Source: Planctomycetota bacterium (GTDB lineage: Bacteria > Planctomycetota > MHYJ01 > WSZJ01). From it: a stretch of 64,000 nucleotides of DNA. The stretch lies in NCBI GenBank assembly GCA_038060895.1, contig JBBTCT010000001.1, positions 96,001 to 160,000 on the forward strand, written 5' to 3'. The translations under genes and the position numbers were made by a program. Under the pieces are notes generated by a model that worked only from the letters and a program-made list of their open reading frames with translations, had not been told where the DNA came from and did no database searches. Positions 1-9,250 of the stretch are shown here, in pieces (position 1 is the first letter of the stretch; every line of letters begins with the position of its first letter).

Positions 1-1
1 G

Positions 2-1138
2 CTGCGCGAAGGCTGGCATCCGTACTTCCGGGCGCTGGACAAGGCGATGGGGCCCAAGGCGATGTACAAGGGCCGCGAGATCATCATGTGCGGCTCGAAC
101 AACTACCTCGGGCTGACGCACCACCCGAAGGTGAAAGAAGCGGCGATCAAGGCCGTCCAGGACTACGGGACGAGCTGCTCGGGCTCGCGCTTCCTGAACG
201 GTACGCTCACCCTCCACGAGGAAGTCGAGCGGCGGCTGGCGAAATTCATGAAGCGGGAGGCCGCGCTCGTGTTCTCGACGGGCTTCCAGACGAATCTCGG
301 GACGATCACGCCGCTGGTCGGGCGCGGCGACACGGTGGTGATCGACAAGACGGACCATGCTTCGATTGTCGACGGGTGTTACCTCTCGTTCGGGGAGACG
401 AAACGCTTCCGGCATAACGAAGTCGAGGATCTGGACCGGGTCATGAAGGAAGTCAAGGACCCGCAGCGGTGCCTGGTGATCGTGGACGGGGTCTTCTCGA
501 TGGAAGGGGACCTGTGCGATCTGCCGGGGATCGTGGCGCTGAAGAAGAAGTACGGGTTCCGGCTGATGGTGGACGACGCGCACGGGATCGGCGTGATGGG
601 CGAGCACGGGCGCGGGACGTGCGAGCATTTCGGGCTGGAAAAGGAAGTCGACCTGGTGATGGGGACGTTCTCGAAGTCATTCGCTTCGCTCGGCGGGTTC
701 ATCGCGGGCGACGACCAGATCATCCACTACATCAAGCACCATTCGCGGGCGCTGATCTTCAGCGCGGCGATCCCTGCGGCCAATGCGGCGGCGGTGCTGG
801 CGTGCTGCGACATCATTGAAGCGGAGTTCCCGCGGTTGCGGGAGCAGCTCTGGCACAACACGAGGAAGATGCAGACCTCGCTGAAAGGGATGGGGTTCCA
901 GACGGGGCACACGCAGTCGCCGATCATCCCGATCATCGTGGGGGACATGCGGAAGACGTTCGACTTCTACCTGGGGCTGTTGGAAGCCGGGGTGTTTGTG
1001 AACCCGGTGATCCCGCCGGCGGTGGAGCCGAACCGGACGATGATCCGGACGAGCTACATGGCGACGCACACGGACGAGATTCTGGACCAGGCGCTGGGGA
1101 TGTTCCAGGCGGTGGGGAAGGCGACCGGGGTGATTTAA
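2..1138 (+). CDS. spt: Class II PLP-dependent alpha-oxoamine synthase, most likely serine palmitoyltransferase (5'-partial)
   Basis: Frame open from the window edge (LREGWHPYFR...). Motifs GSNNYLGL, GSRFLNGT, DDAHG, GTFSKS (PLP lysine). Adjacent to a bCerS-like GNAT, which favours Spt over BioF/Kbl. Confidence 0.75.
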   Translation: MREGWHPYFRALDKAMGPKAMYKGREIIMCGSNNYLGLTHHPKVKEAAIKAVQDYGTSCSGSRFLNGTLTLHEEVERRLAKFMKREAALVFSTGFQTNLGTITPLVGRGDTVVIDKTDHASIVDGCYLSFGETKRFRHNEVEDLDRVMKEVKDPQRCLVIVDGVFSMEGDLCDLPGIVALKKKYGFRLMVDDAHGIGVMGEHGRGTCEHFGLEKEVDLVMGTFSKSFASLGGFIAGDDQIIHYIKHHSRALIFSAAIPAANAAAVLACCDIIEAEFPRLREQLWHNTRKMQTSLKGMGFQTGHTQSPIIPIIVGDMRKTFDFYLGLLEAGVFVNPVIPPAVEPNRTMIRTSYMATHTDEILDQALGMFQAVGKATGVI

Positions 1139-1245
1139 GAAAAGGAAACAAGGAAACGAAAAACGAAAAACGAAAAACGAAAAGACCTCCGCTGCAGCGG
1201 CTTTTCGCTTTTTGTTTTTCGTTTTTTGTTTTTCGTTTCGTTTGC
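1139..1245. repeat. Heptamer-armed inverted repeat: (GAAAAAC)n arm, CCGCTGCAGCGG palindrome, (GTTTTTC)n-like arm; possible terminator
   Basis: Read directly between the spt stop and the GNAT start. Confidence 0.8.
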
Positions 1246-1249
1246 CGTG

Positions 1250-2362
1250 ATGACCACAGTCGCTACTGTTTCAACTTCCTCGGACCTGAAGGCGTTCCTC
1301 CGCCTCCCGTGGTCTCTCTACCGCGGCGACCCGAACTGGGTCCCTCCCCTTCTCGGCGAAGTCAAGAAGCTCCTCTCGAAGGAGCATCCCTTTCACCAGC
1401 ACGCCGAAACGAGACTCTTTCTTGCGAGGAGCGACGGCCGCGTCGTCGGGCGCATCGCGGCGTGCGTCAATCGCGCTCACCTGGAAGCCTGGAAAGACGG
1501 GGCCGGGTTCTGGGGCTTCTTCGAGTGCGAAGACTCGCACGAAACCGCAGCGGCGCTCTTCGATGCCGCCGCGGCCTGGCTCCGCGAACGCGGCATGAAA
1601 GTCCTTCGCGGTCCCTGCTCATTCTCAACCAACGAAGAGTGCGGGTTGCTTGTCGAGGGCTTCCGGGAGCCCCCGGCGTTCATGATGGCGTACAACCCGA
1701 AGTACTACGCGCCGCTGGTCGAAGGCTGCGGGTTCGCCAAGGCGAAGGACCTCTGGGCGTGGTCCGTTTACAAACCGTCGTTCACCCCCCCGGACAAAAT
1801 GTACCGCGTGGCCCAGCGACAGAAGGAGCGCGAGGGGATCGTTGTCCGGCCGGTGAACATGACGAAGGTCGACCAGGAACTCGCGCTCCTCCGCGAGGTC
1901 TATAACAAGGCCTGGGCGAACAACTGGGGAGCCGTGCCGATGACCCCGGCGGAATTCGAGGTCGTCGCCGATGACTTCCGCAAGATCGTCCGCCCCGAGT
2001 TCCTCCTCTTCGCGGAAATCAATGGCCGGCCCGCGGGCTTTTCCCTCGCACTCCCCGACTACAACTTCGTCCTCCGAAAGATGAACGGCTCCCTGTTCCC
2101 TTTCGGCTGGCTCACCTGGCTCCTGAACGTGAACAAGATCCGCCGCCTCCGCTACATCACCATGGGAATCGTGCCCGAGTTCCAGCGCCGCGGCCTCGAT
2201 GCAATCTTCTACATCGAACTGATGCAGGAAGGGCTGAAAGGAGGCTACGAGGAATGCGAGATGTCCTGGATCCTCGAGGACAACACCGTCATGAACAACA
2301 CGATCGAGGCGTTCGGGGGGAAGAGGACGAAGGTCTACAGGATCTACGACCGGGCTATCTGA
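1250..2362 (+). CDS. GNAT-fold acyltransferase, bacterial ceramide synthase (bCerS)/YghO-like
   Basis: LPWSLYRGDPNWVPPL, VVGRIAA, GFFECED, GLLVEGF...MMAYNPKYY and EMSWILEDN motifs; follows spt. Confidence 0.75.
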   Translation: MTTVATVSTSSDLKAFLRLPWSLYRGDPNWVPPLLGEVKKLLSKEHPFHQHAETRLFLARSDGRVVGRIAACVNRAHLEAWKDGAGFWGFFECEDSHETAAALFDAAAAWLRERGMKVLRGPCSFSTNEECGLLVEGFREPPAFMMAYNPKYYAPLVEGCGFAKAKDLWAWSVYKPSFTPPDKMYRVAQRQKEREGIVVRPVNMTKVDQELALLREVYNKAWANNWGAVPMTPAEFEVVADDFRKIVRPEFLLFAEINGRPAGFSLALPDYNFVLRKMNGSLFPFGWLTWLLNVNKIRRLRYITMGIVPEFQRRGLDAIFYIELMQEGLKGGYEECEMSWILEDNTVMNNTIEAFGGKRTKVYRIYDRAI

Positions 2363-2382
2363 CCGTCGGATAGCATGGCGCC

Positions 2383-4434
2383 ATGCGCGCTCTCGCCGCC
2401 ATCCTCGCGCTCGTTACGGCATCGATCGTCCATGCCGAAACGATGGACGAACTCCTCGAGCGCGACCGCTACGACCGCAAGGCCTGGAGAGCGCTGAAGA
2501 TCTCGCTCACCGGCCGCGTCGTCGATGAAGACGGTTTCGGCGTCCCGGCAACGGTCGCCGTCCCGGGACACACCGTCACGGCGGACCTTCGCGGCTGGTT
2601 CCGATTCGACGGCCTCGACCGCAACAACGCGCTGCTTGGAGTCGCCTCCCCCGGCTATTTCGTCGAATTGCGGTTGGCCGACCTGGAGCTTCCCGCCGAT
2701 GGCGCGGGAGTCGATATTGGCACGATCCGGCTCCGCGCCCGCCGTCCCGGCCGCGCCCGAATGGTGTTCGGCGGCGATGCGATGATGGGCCGGCGATTCC
2801 TGAAGCCGGACAATATCGAGGCCCCGGCGAGCCCTCTTTTGCGCGGCAAAACGGTCGCGGGAGACGCGGCGCGGGTCCTCGAGCAGATCGCGCCCATTCT
2901 CGGGGCCGCGGACCTCGCCGTCGTCAACCTGGAGTCGGTCGTCACCGACGGAAGCGGCGATCCGATACCGAAGTCCTACTCCTATTGGACCCCTCCAGGC
3001 GCGCTGGATGCGCTGAAGGGCGCGGGGATCGACGCGGTAACGCTGGGAAACAACCACACCTGGGATTTTGGTCCAGACGGTCTTCGACAGACCATGGAGG
3101 AATTGCGCTCTCGCGGCCTGGGTTGGTGCGGCGCCGGCCTGACTGAGGCCGCCGCCCGGAAGGCCCTCTCCCTGAAGGCAGGCCGTGAGAAATTTCGCCT
3201 GCTCTCCTACAGCGGCATTGCCGGCAAGGAAGGCTCGCTGCACGCGTTTGGCGACCGCGGCGGCGCCGCCCCGATGGATCCTGAGCGGATCACGGCGGAC
3301 GTCCTCCTCTCGGCGAAGGAAGCTCCGACGATCGTCGCGCTTCACTCCGGAACCGAGTACTCCGACCGGCCGACGAAACGCGCGAAAGCCGCGGCGACGG
3401 CGGCGATCAAGGGAGGCGCCGTGCTCGTCGTCGGCCACCACGCTCACGCGCCCCAGGGACTCGCGCTGGAAGACGGCGTGCTCATCGCCCGCTGCCTGGG
3501 CAACCTGGTCTTCGACCAGTCGCGGTACGAAGCGCTTCCAGGCCTTCTGCTCATCGTCGACTTCGAGGACGGACGGCTCGCTTCAGCCCGATTGCTGCCC
3601 ATCGTCAACGACGACTACCGGCCGAGGCCGGCCGCAGGGCCGGTCTCACGCTGGACGGCGCGGCACGTCGGCCGGCTTTCGCGCGACGTCGATGTGTTCT
3701 GGGACGCCGGCGGCATCGAAGTGGCCCTGGAAGGGGCGCACCGCGCGCCGTCGACGCGGAACGCCCTGCTCAACGGCCGCCAGCCGCTTCACGTCGCTCC
3801 TGACGACTCAGCGGCGTTCGTGGTGGAGGCGAAAGCGGAGTCAACGCTCGAGGCGGGGAGCGACGTTCTCCGCGTCGGTGGATTCGAGGACGGCGATGCC
3901 GACCGGTCGGTGCTGGAGGGAGACGTCTGGAGGCTGTCTACCGAGGCGCGGATTTCAACCGTGGAACCACGTACGGGCGCAGCTTGCCTGCGGCTCTTCT
4001 GCGCGCCGGGCGCCGAGGCCGCCGCTTCGACAAAGCTCCGAATCCCCGTGCCGCTGAAATTCACGATTGCCGGCTGGGCGAGGATTCCCAACGGCGGTTC
4101 CGCATCGGTGGAGTGCGATTTCTGCTCGCATGCGGGGATGGAGCCCCTGAAGCGCGTCGCCGCCGGCAAGCTGGCAGCGGGCGCGCCGGGCTGGACCTTC
4201 TTCTCTTTCGAGGTCGAGCGACCCGACAAGGCGTTCTCGATGCGCCTGAGGCTTTCGGCGAGGGGACCGGATGAAATGGTTGCCCAGGCCGCCTTCGACG
4301 ACGTCGCGGTCATCGCGTGGGAGCCCGTGAAGGGGCCTCGCCCGGCGCCCAACGAGTGGGACTGGCTACGGGCGACGGGGCCGAAGGCGACGACCGCGGT
4401 GACGCTGGAGCTGGAGCGGCTCACGAAGGAATGA
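2383..4434 (+). CDS. capA: CapA/PgsA-family metallophosphatase-fold protein with signal peptide, N-terminal beta-sandwich and C-terminal CBM-like domain
   Basis: GGDAMMGR, VNLES, LGNNHTWDFG, LHSGTEY, GHHAHAPQG and LGNLVF motifs; lies in the pgs locus. Confidence 0.8.
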   Translation: MRALAAILALVTASIVHAETMDELLERDRYDRKAWRALKISLTGRVVDEDGFGVPATVAVPGHTVTADLRGWFRFDGLDRNNALLGVASPGYFVELRLADLELPADGAGVDIGTIRLRARRPGRARMVFGGDAMMGRRFLKPDNIEAPASPLLRGKTVAGDAARVLEQIAPILGAADLAVVNLESVVTDGSGDPIPKSYSYWTPPGALDALKGAGIDAVTLGNNHTWDFGPDGLRQTMEELRSRGLGWCGAGLTEAAARKALSLKAGREKFRLLSYSGIAGKEGSLHAFGDRGGAAPMDPERITADVLLSAKEAPTIVALHSGTEYSDRPTKRAKAAATAAIKGGAVLVVGHHAHAPQGLALEDGVLIARCLGNLVFDQSRYEALPGLLLIVDFEDGRLASARLLPIVNDDYRPRPAAGPVSRWTARHVGRLSRDVDVFWDAGGIEVALEGAHRAPSTRNALLNGRQPLHVAPDDSAAFVVEAKAESTLEAGSDVLRVGGFEDGDADRSVLEGDVWRLSTEARISTVEPRTGAACLRLFCAPGAEAAASTKLRIPVPLKFTIAGWARIPNGGSASVECDFCSHAGMEPLKRVAAGKLAAGAPGWTFFSFEVERPDKAFSMRLRLSARGPDEMVAQAAFDDVAVIAWEPVKGPRPAPNEWDWLRATGPKATTAVTLELERLTKE

Positions 4435-4493
4435 GGTTGACGGCGATGCCGCAGTCTCTACCCTGATCGCCCCGAACTTCTCCTGAGGAACCC

Positions 4494-6077
4494 TTGATGA
4501 TCCGACGGTGCCGCTTCGTCCTCCCTCTCGCCCTCCTGGCTGCCGCCTTTGCGCAAGCGGAGACGCCGCTTCCCGAGCCGGCTCCGAAAGAGGGAGATCC
4601 CCGGCCGGGCCAACGGTGGGTCGATGCGAGGCCGGAAATCGGCCTGCGCGAAATCCGGGTGCTCGAGGGGGGGCGCGAGCTCAAGGCCTGGATTCTGCCG
4701 CCCGGAGAAGAGATCAAGTTCCTGATCAGCGGGGAGAACCGTCTCCTGGTACAGGCGCGGCTGCAGATGGAAAGCCGCACGTCGCCGGAAGCGTCGTACT
4801 CGATCGGATGGACGGTCGATGGCGGGGCGGAACAACGGAAGGAATTCCGGACGAAGCCGCACAAGACGGCGACTTTCGAGAGCGGCATGGAGGGCGTTCC
4901 AGGGATCCCGGGCGCCGGCGTGCCGGGAATCAAGCGAGAAGCCGTGGTCGAGATTCCCACCGATGGTTCCCACGCGGTGATTTTCCGGTTGCCGGAAGGC
5001 GCGACCGCTTCCGTCGTCGTGCGCGTCCGGTACGAACAGCCGGAGCGCGCCGGCAAGAGCTATGGCTCGACGATCGGCCCGAAATCGCACAAGGAAACGT
5101 GGTGGATGGGGACCGTCTCGCGCCTGACGATCGGCTACGACGACAACGTGTTCCGCTTTTCCGACGAGGATTCCCACCAGTGGGAGGAACTCGACGGGAA
5201 CGACGCCCAGGACAAGTACGACCGCGTGACGTCCGTGGGAGACGTGTACATCGACTCCGACCTCGACGCCCACATCATCAGCCCGGAGTTCGCGCTGGGG
5301 CGTTTCTACGTCGGCGGTACGCTCAAGAACCGCTGGTACCTCGGGAACCACCACAAGACTCGCGACGAGTACGGCCTTTTCTTCCGGCACCTCATCAGCA
5401 ATTCGCTTTCGTACAAGGTGTTCGGCACGTGGGGGCCGGACAAGTACTACCGCGACCTGAACCCGAGCCAGTCGCCGGGCCCCTCCCGGGCGCATGCCCA
5501 TCACGACGACTACGAGATCGGGGGGCTGGTGAGGATGAAGTGGGCACCGCAGATCACGACCGGGCTGAAGTACACGTGGGAACTCAGGGACTGGAATACG
5601 AACTTCAACGAGAAGGATGCGAAGATTCACCACCTGGACTTTGACCTGGTGGTGTCGCCTGCGAAGTGGATTTCGTTCGAGCTTGATCTCGACGGGTCTA
5701 TCGCGCACGCGCTTGCCGGGGGAGGCGAACGCGATGCCTCGTACCGCCAGTTTTCGCCGAAGCTGGCAGTGGATTTCCGGGTGAAACGCCTGCTCTTCGG
5801 GGCGTCGTACGGGTTCGATTCCCGGGTGTACACGACGGACAATTCGCGGCAGGTCGATCCGGCCCACGCGCACCGCCGGGACAAGCGGCACACGTTCGGG
5901 ATCTACGCCGGGTACCAGCTCGGGGAGTCCTCCGAAATCACGCTGGCGTATTCAAGAACCAAGCGGACGGTCCAGCTGCCGGGGCGCGAGTCCTCGACGG
6001 ATCCGTCGGACTTCGACGACGACTTCGAGTACACCTCGAATTCGCTGGAACTCACGCTTCTCTTCAAATGGCCCTGA
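4494..6077 (+). CDS. Outer-membrane beta-barrel protein with an N-terminal periplasmic domain
   Basis: Signal peptide (AFA-QAE); GYDDNVF; alternating aromatic strands; C-terminus LELTLLFKWP. Confidence 0.65.
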   Translation: MMIRRCRFVLPLALLAAAFAQAETPLPEPAPKEGDPRPGQRWVDARPEIGLREIRVLEGGRELKAWILPPGEEIKFLISGENRLLVQARLQMESRTSPEASYSIGWTVDGGAEQRKEFRTKPHKTATFESGMEGVPGIPGAGVPGIKREAVVEIPTDGSHAVIFRLPEGATASVVVRVRYEQPERAGKSYGSTIGPKSHKETWWMGTVSRLTIGYDDNVFRFSDEDSHQWEELDGNDAQDKYDRVTSVGDVYIDSDLDAHIISPEFALGRFYVGGTLKNRWYLGNHHKTRDEYGLFFRHLISNSLSYKVFGTWGPDKYYRDLNPSQSPGPSRAHAHHDDYEIGGLVRMKWAPQITTGLKYTWELRDWNTNFNEKDAKIHHLDFDLVVSPAKWISFELDLDGSIAHALAGGGERDASYRQFSPKLAVDFRVKRLLFGASYGFDSRVYTTDNSRQVDPAHAHRRDKRHTFGIYAGYQLGESSEITLAYSRTKRTVQLPGRESSTDPSDFDDDFEYTSNSLELTLLFKWP

Positions 6078-6185
6078 TTTCGTGGTGAGGGGTGGGTGTG
6101 GGAGTCGCGAAGCGGGGGTCGCACCGGGTGCGGATCGGCGCGCGCACCCCTGTCCGGGAAATCCCCCCTCGGGTAGGCTGCACCC

Positions 6186-7388
6186 ATGAGCATTCTTGCC
6201 GCTTCACTTGCCGGCGCGCTGGCGGCCGGCGGCTGGTGGGAGTACCACCGCCACCTGAAGCACGTGCGGGCGATCCCGTCGCGGATTCACGTGAACGGGA
6301 CGCGCGGGAAGTCGAGCGTGACGAGGCTCATCGCGGGCGGTCTGCGGGCGGGCGGCATACGGACGTTCGCGAAAACGACCGGGACCGAGCCTCGGATGAT
6401 CTTCCCCGACGGGCGCGAAGAGCACATTCCCCGTCCCGGGCGCGCGAACATCATCGAACAGCTCAAGGTCTTCCGCCGCGCCGCGCAGGAGGAATCCCAG
6501 GCGATCGTCGTGGAGTGCATGGCGCTTCAGCCGCACATCCAGTGGCTCGCGGAGCACCGGATCGTCAATTCTACCGTCGGCGTGATTACGAACGTCCGCG
6601 CCGACCACCTCGACGTCATGGGGCCGACCGTCGCCGACGTCGCGCGGTTCCTTTCGGCGACCATACCGCGTCAAGGGACGCTCTTCACGGCCGAGCGGGA
6701 GTTGCTTCCCGTGCTCCAGGAAAAGGCGGCGGCCCTCGGCACGAGGGTCATTGCTTCGATGGAATCCGAGGTCTCCGAAGCGGAAATCCGGTCCTTCGGC
6801 TACGTCGAGCACCGCGAAAACGTGGCGCTGGCGCTCCGCGTCGCCGAGCACTTTGGAGTCGCGCGAGCGGCGGCGTTGGAGGGGATGAAGAGGTGCACGC
6901 CGGACGCCGGGGTGCTGCGCGTACACCGGATCCGGTATTTCCAGAAAGAGATCGAGTTCGCCAACGCCTTCGCCGCGAACGACCGCGACTCGACGCTGAT
7001 GATCTTCAAGCGGCTCGGGCTGGGCTCGGTCCCCGGCCGGCGCAGCATCGTGATTTTCAATTCGCGCGGCGACCGGATCCAGCGCGCGGAACAGTTCGCG
7101 GACATGATCGCCGGGGACATGGGACTCGTGGACGCCGTGATCCTTACGGGCGACCTGACCGGAGCGGTCGTGAACCGCGCGGTCCGTCACGGCGCTTCTG
7201 AAGAGAGAATCGTGGACCTTGGCGACTTGCGCGAAGAGCAGGTCAACCTGGTGTTCGAGGCCGTCCTCGACGCGACGCCCGAGCGGGCGCTCGTCATCGG
7301 GGTGGGCAACATCGGCGGCCTCGGTCACGCCATCGTTCACTTCTTCCAGAACCGCGGGGAGGACCGCCATGGCTCCGCGGCCTGTTGA
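6186..7388 (+). CDS. pgsB: Poly-gamma-glutamate synthase, ligase subunit
   Basis: RIHVNGTRGKSSVTRLIAGGL, AKTTGT, ANIIEQL, VECMAL, TNVRADHLDVMG, NAFAAND, GNIGG. Confidence 0.95.
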   Translation: MSILAASLAGALAAGGWWEYHRHLKHVRAIPSRIHVNGTRGKSSVTRLIAGGLRAGGIRTFAKTTGTEPRMIFPDGREEHIPRPGRANIIEQLKVFRRAAQEESQAIVVECMALQPHIQWLAEHRIVNSTVGVITNVRADHLDVMGPTVADVARFLSATIPRQGTLFTAERELLPVLQEKAAALGTRVIASMESEVSEAEIRSFGYVEHRENVALALRVAEHFGVARAAALEGMKRCTPDAGVLRVHRIRYFQKEIEFANAFAANDRDSTLMIFKRLGLGSVPGRRSIVIFNSRGDRIQRAEQFADMIAGDMGLVDAVILTGDLTGAVVNRAVRHGASEERIVDLGDLREEQVNLVFEAVLDATPERALVIGVGNIGGLGHAIVHFFQNRGEDRHGSAAC

Positions 7389-7974
7389 ACCTCCTGTGAA
7401 GCGCTTCCGCCCCGGGCCGATGGCATGGTCGCGGGCGGTCGTGGTTTCGCTCCTCATGGCTTCGGCCGCCTGGGCCGCCGGCGCTTCCCCGTCTGCCGCT
7501 GCGGAAGCAGAGCCCTTGATCGAGGCGATTGCGCTGGGGCTGGTGGTGTCGCTCGCGTTTTCAGAGACGCTCGGTCTGGCGACGGGCGGGATGATTGTGC
7601 CGGGGTATTTTGCGCTGTCGCTGGGGCAACCCCCGGTAGCCGCCGGCAGAACCGTTGCGGTCACGCTGGTGGTGGCGCTCGCGACGTACGGCGTCATCCG
7701 GATCCTGTCCCGCTACATGCTGATCTACGGACGCAGGCGGACCGTCATCATCATCCTTGTCGCCTTCGCCCTCGGCGCCCTGGTGCGCTCCATGCACTGG
7801 AACGTGGACGAAAAGACCTCCATCGTCCTGATCCCGATCGGCTTCATCGTCCCCGGCCTCATCGCCGACTGGATGGAACGCCAGGGACTCGTCCAGACCA
7901 TCTCTTCGCTCATCATGGCGAGCGTGATCGTGCGCCTCATCATGATCGCCATGGGCGGAAAGGCGGTCCTGTGA
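7369..7974 (+). CDS. pgsC: Poly-gamma-glutamate biosynthesis membrane protein (start uncertain: 7369, 7420 or 7516)
   Basis: GGMIVPGYFAL, IYGRRR, IGFIVPGLIADWMERQG; GGAGGA SD upstream of ATG 7369. Confidence 0.9.
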   Translation: MAPRPVEPPVKRFRPGPMAWSRAVVVSLLMASAAWAAGASPSAAAEAEPLIEAIALGLVVSLAFSETLGLATGGMIVPGYFALSLGQPPVAAGRTVAVTLVVALATYGVIRILSRYMLIYGRRRTVIIILVAFALGALVRSMHWNVDEKTSIVLIPIGFIVPGLIADWMERQGLVQTISSLIMASVIVRLIMIAMGGKAVL

Positions 7975-9164
7975 GGTATCGCGAAGGGAAAGTCCCGCCC
8001 GCGACGCTCGCCGGCCTCGCGCTGCTCTCCGCCCTGGTCTACATCGCCGTCGAGCGCTTCCAGGTCGACGTGCGCGAAAGCGGGTACCGGGAGAAGAAGG
8101 CCGCGGCGGTCGCGGCGCGGAAAGGGCAGGACGCGATCCGCGCGGCGCGCAAGCGCGGCTCGCCGACGATCCAGATGAACCACGACCAGGACCCGGCGCA
8201 AACGGGCCTGATCGGGACGGACGACCAGGCCGGCGAGCTGACGACCGACAAGGGGTACCTCCGCGCGAAACAGATCGCCACGCAACCCAATCTCGCGGCC
8301 GTGATCGTCGGATTCCTGAAGAAGGCGAAAATCCAGAAGGGCGACATTGTTGCCGTCGGCCTCACCGGCTCCTTCCCCGGCGCCAACCTGGCGACGATCT
8401 GCGCGATCGAGGCCATGGAAGCGCGCCCGCTGGTCATCACCTCGATCGGTTCTTCCACGTTCGGCGCGAACCAGGCCGAGTTCACCTGGCTGGACATGGA
8501 GAAGGCCGCGTTCGACGCGGGCTGCATCCGCACGCGATCCATCGCCGCTTCCATCGGCGGCGACAAGGACAAGGGAATCGGCCTGAACAAGTCCGCCATC
8601 GACCAGATCCGCGCCGCCATCGCACGCAACGGGATCGAGAAGATCGAGGAGAAGACGCTCGTGGATTCCATCGCGCGCCGCATGGAGATCTACGCGAAGG
8701 CGGCGGGCGGGATCGACAACGTGAAGTGCTACGTGAACATCGGCGGCGGTCTCGCTTCGGTCGGCTCGAATCTCGTCGGCGACAAGCTGATCGCCACCGG
8801 GGTCACCGAATCATGGGTCCAGAAGAACTATCCGACGCACGGCGTGCTGGTGAAGATGCTCAAGGCGGGCAAGCCGGTCGTTCACCTCATGGACTTCCGC
8901 AAGATTGCCGAGGAACACGGGCTTTCCCTGGTCCCTGCCTCCCCCGGGGAGGCAGGCGAAGGTCCGCTCTTCATCTCACGGAAATACAACCTGGTGCTCG
9001 TGCTGGGCGCGCTTCTGGGACTGATTGCGACGATCGTCGCCGTGGGTCTGCTCGACCTGCGCCACGCGCTCTTCGGCCGTCCGCCGCCATCGCCGGCGCA
9101 GCCGAAGGTGGAGTTGCCGGCCGGAGGTGGGACGCCACCCTCATCGGGGGAGACTGTCCTTTGA
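7971..9164 (+). CDS. pgsW: Poly-gamma-glutamate system protein (TIGR04332/PgsW-like)
   Basis: DPAQTGLIG, TTDKGYLRAK, VAVGLTGSFPGANLA, SSTFGAN, YVNIGG; GTGA overlap with the pgsC stop; N- and C-terminal TM helices. Confidence 0.85.
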   Translation: MRYREGKVPPATLAGLALLSALVYIAVERFQVDVRESGYREKKAAAVAARKGQDAIRAARKRGSPTIQMNHDQDPAQTGLIGTDDQAGELTTDKGYLRAKQIATQPNLAAVIVGFLKKAKIQKGDIVAVGLTGSFPGANLATICAIEAMEARPLVITSIGSSTFGANQAEFTWLDMEKAAFDAGCIRTRSIAASIGGDKDKGIGLNKSAIDQIRAAIARNGIEKIEEKTLVDSIARRMEIYAKAAGGIDNVKCYVNIGGGLASVGSNLVGDKLIATGVTESWVQKNYPTHGVLVKMLKAGKPVVHLMDFRKIAEEHGLSLVPASPGEAGEGPLFISRKYNLVLVLGALLGLIATIVAVGLLDLRHALFGRPPPSPAQPKVELPAGGGTPPSSGETVL

Positions 9165-9250
9165 AGAGCGACGGCGGCGCGTTCTTGGAACGTGGCCTGA
9201 GTTCCGATAGAATCCAATGCGACCCCAGGGGAACTCCTTTCAGCCCTTCC

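Noticed and set aside
1139-1245. CRISPR array
   Set aside because: Only 7-bp units with no unique spacers; no cas genes in the window.
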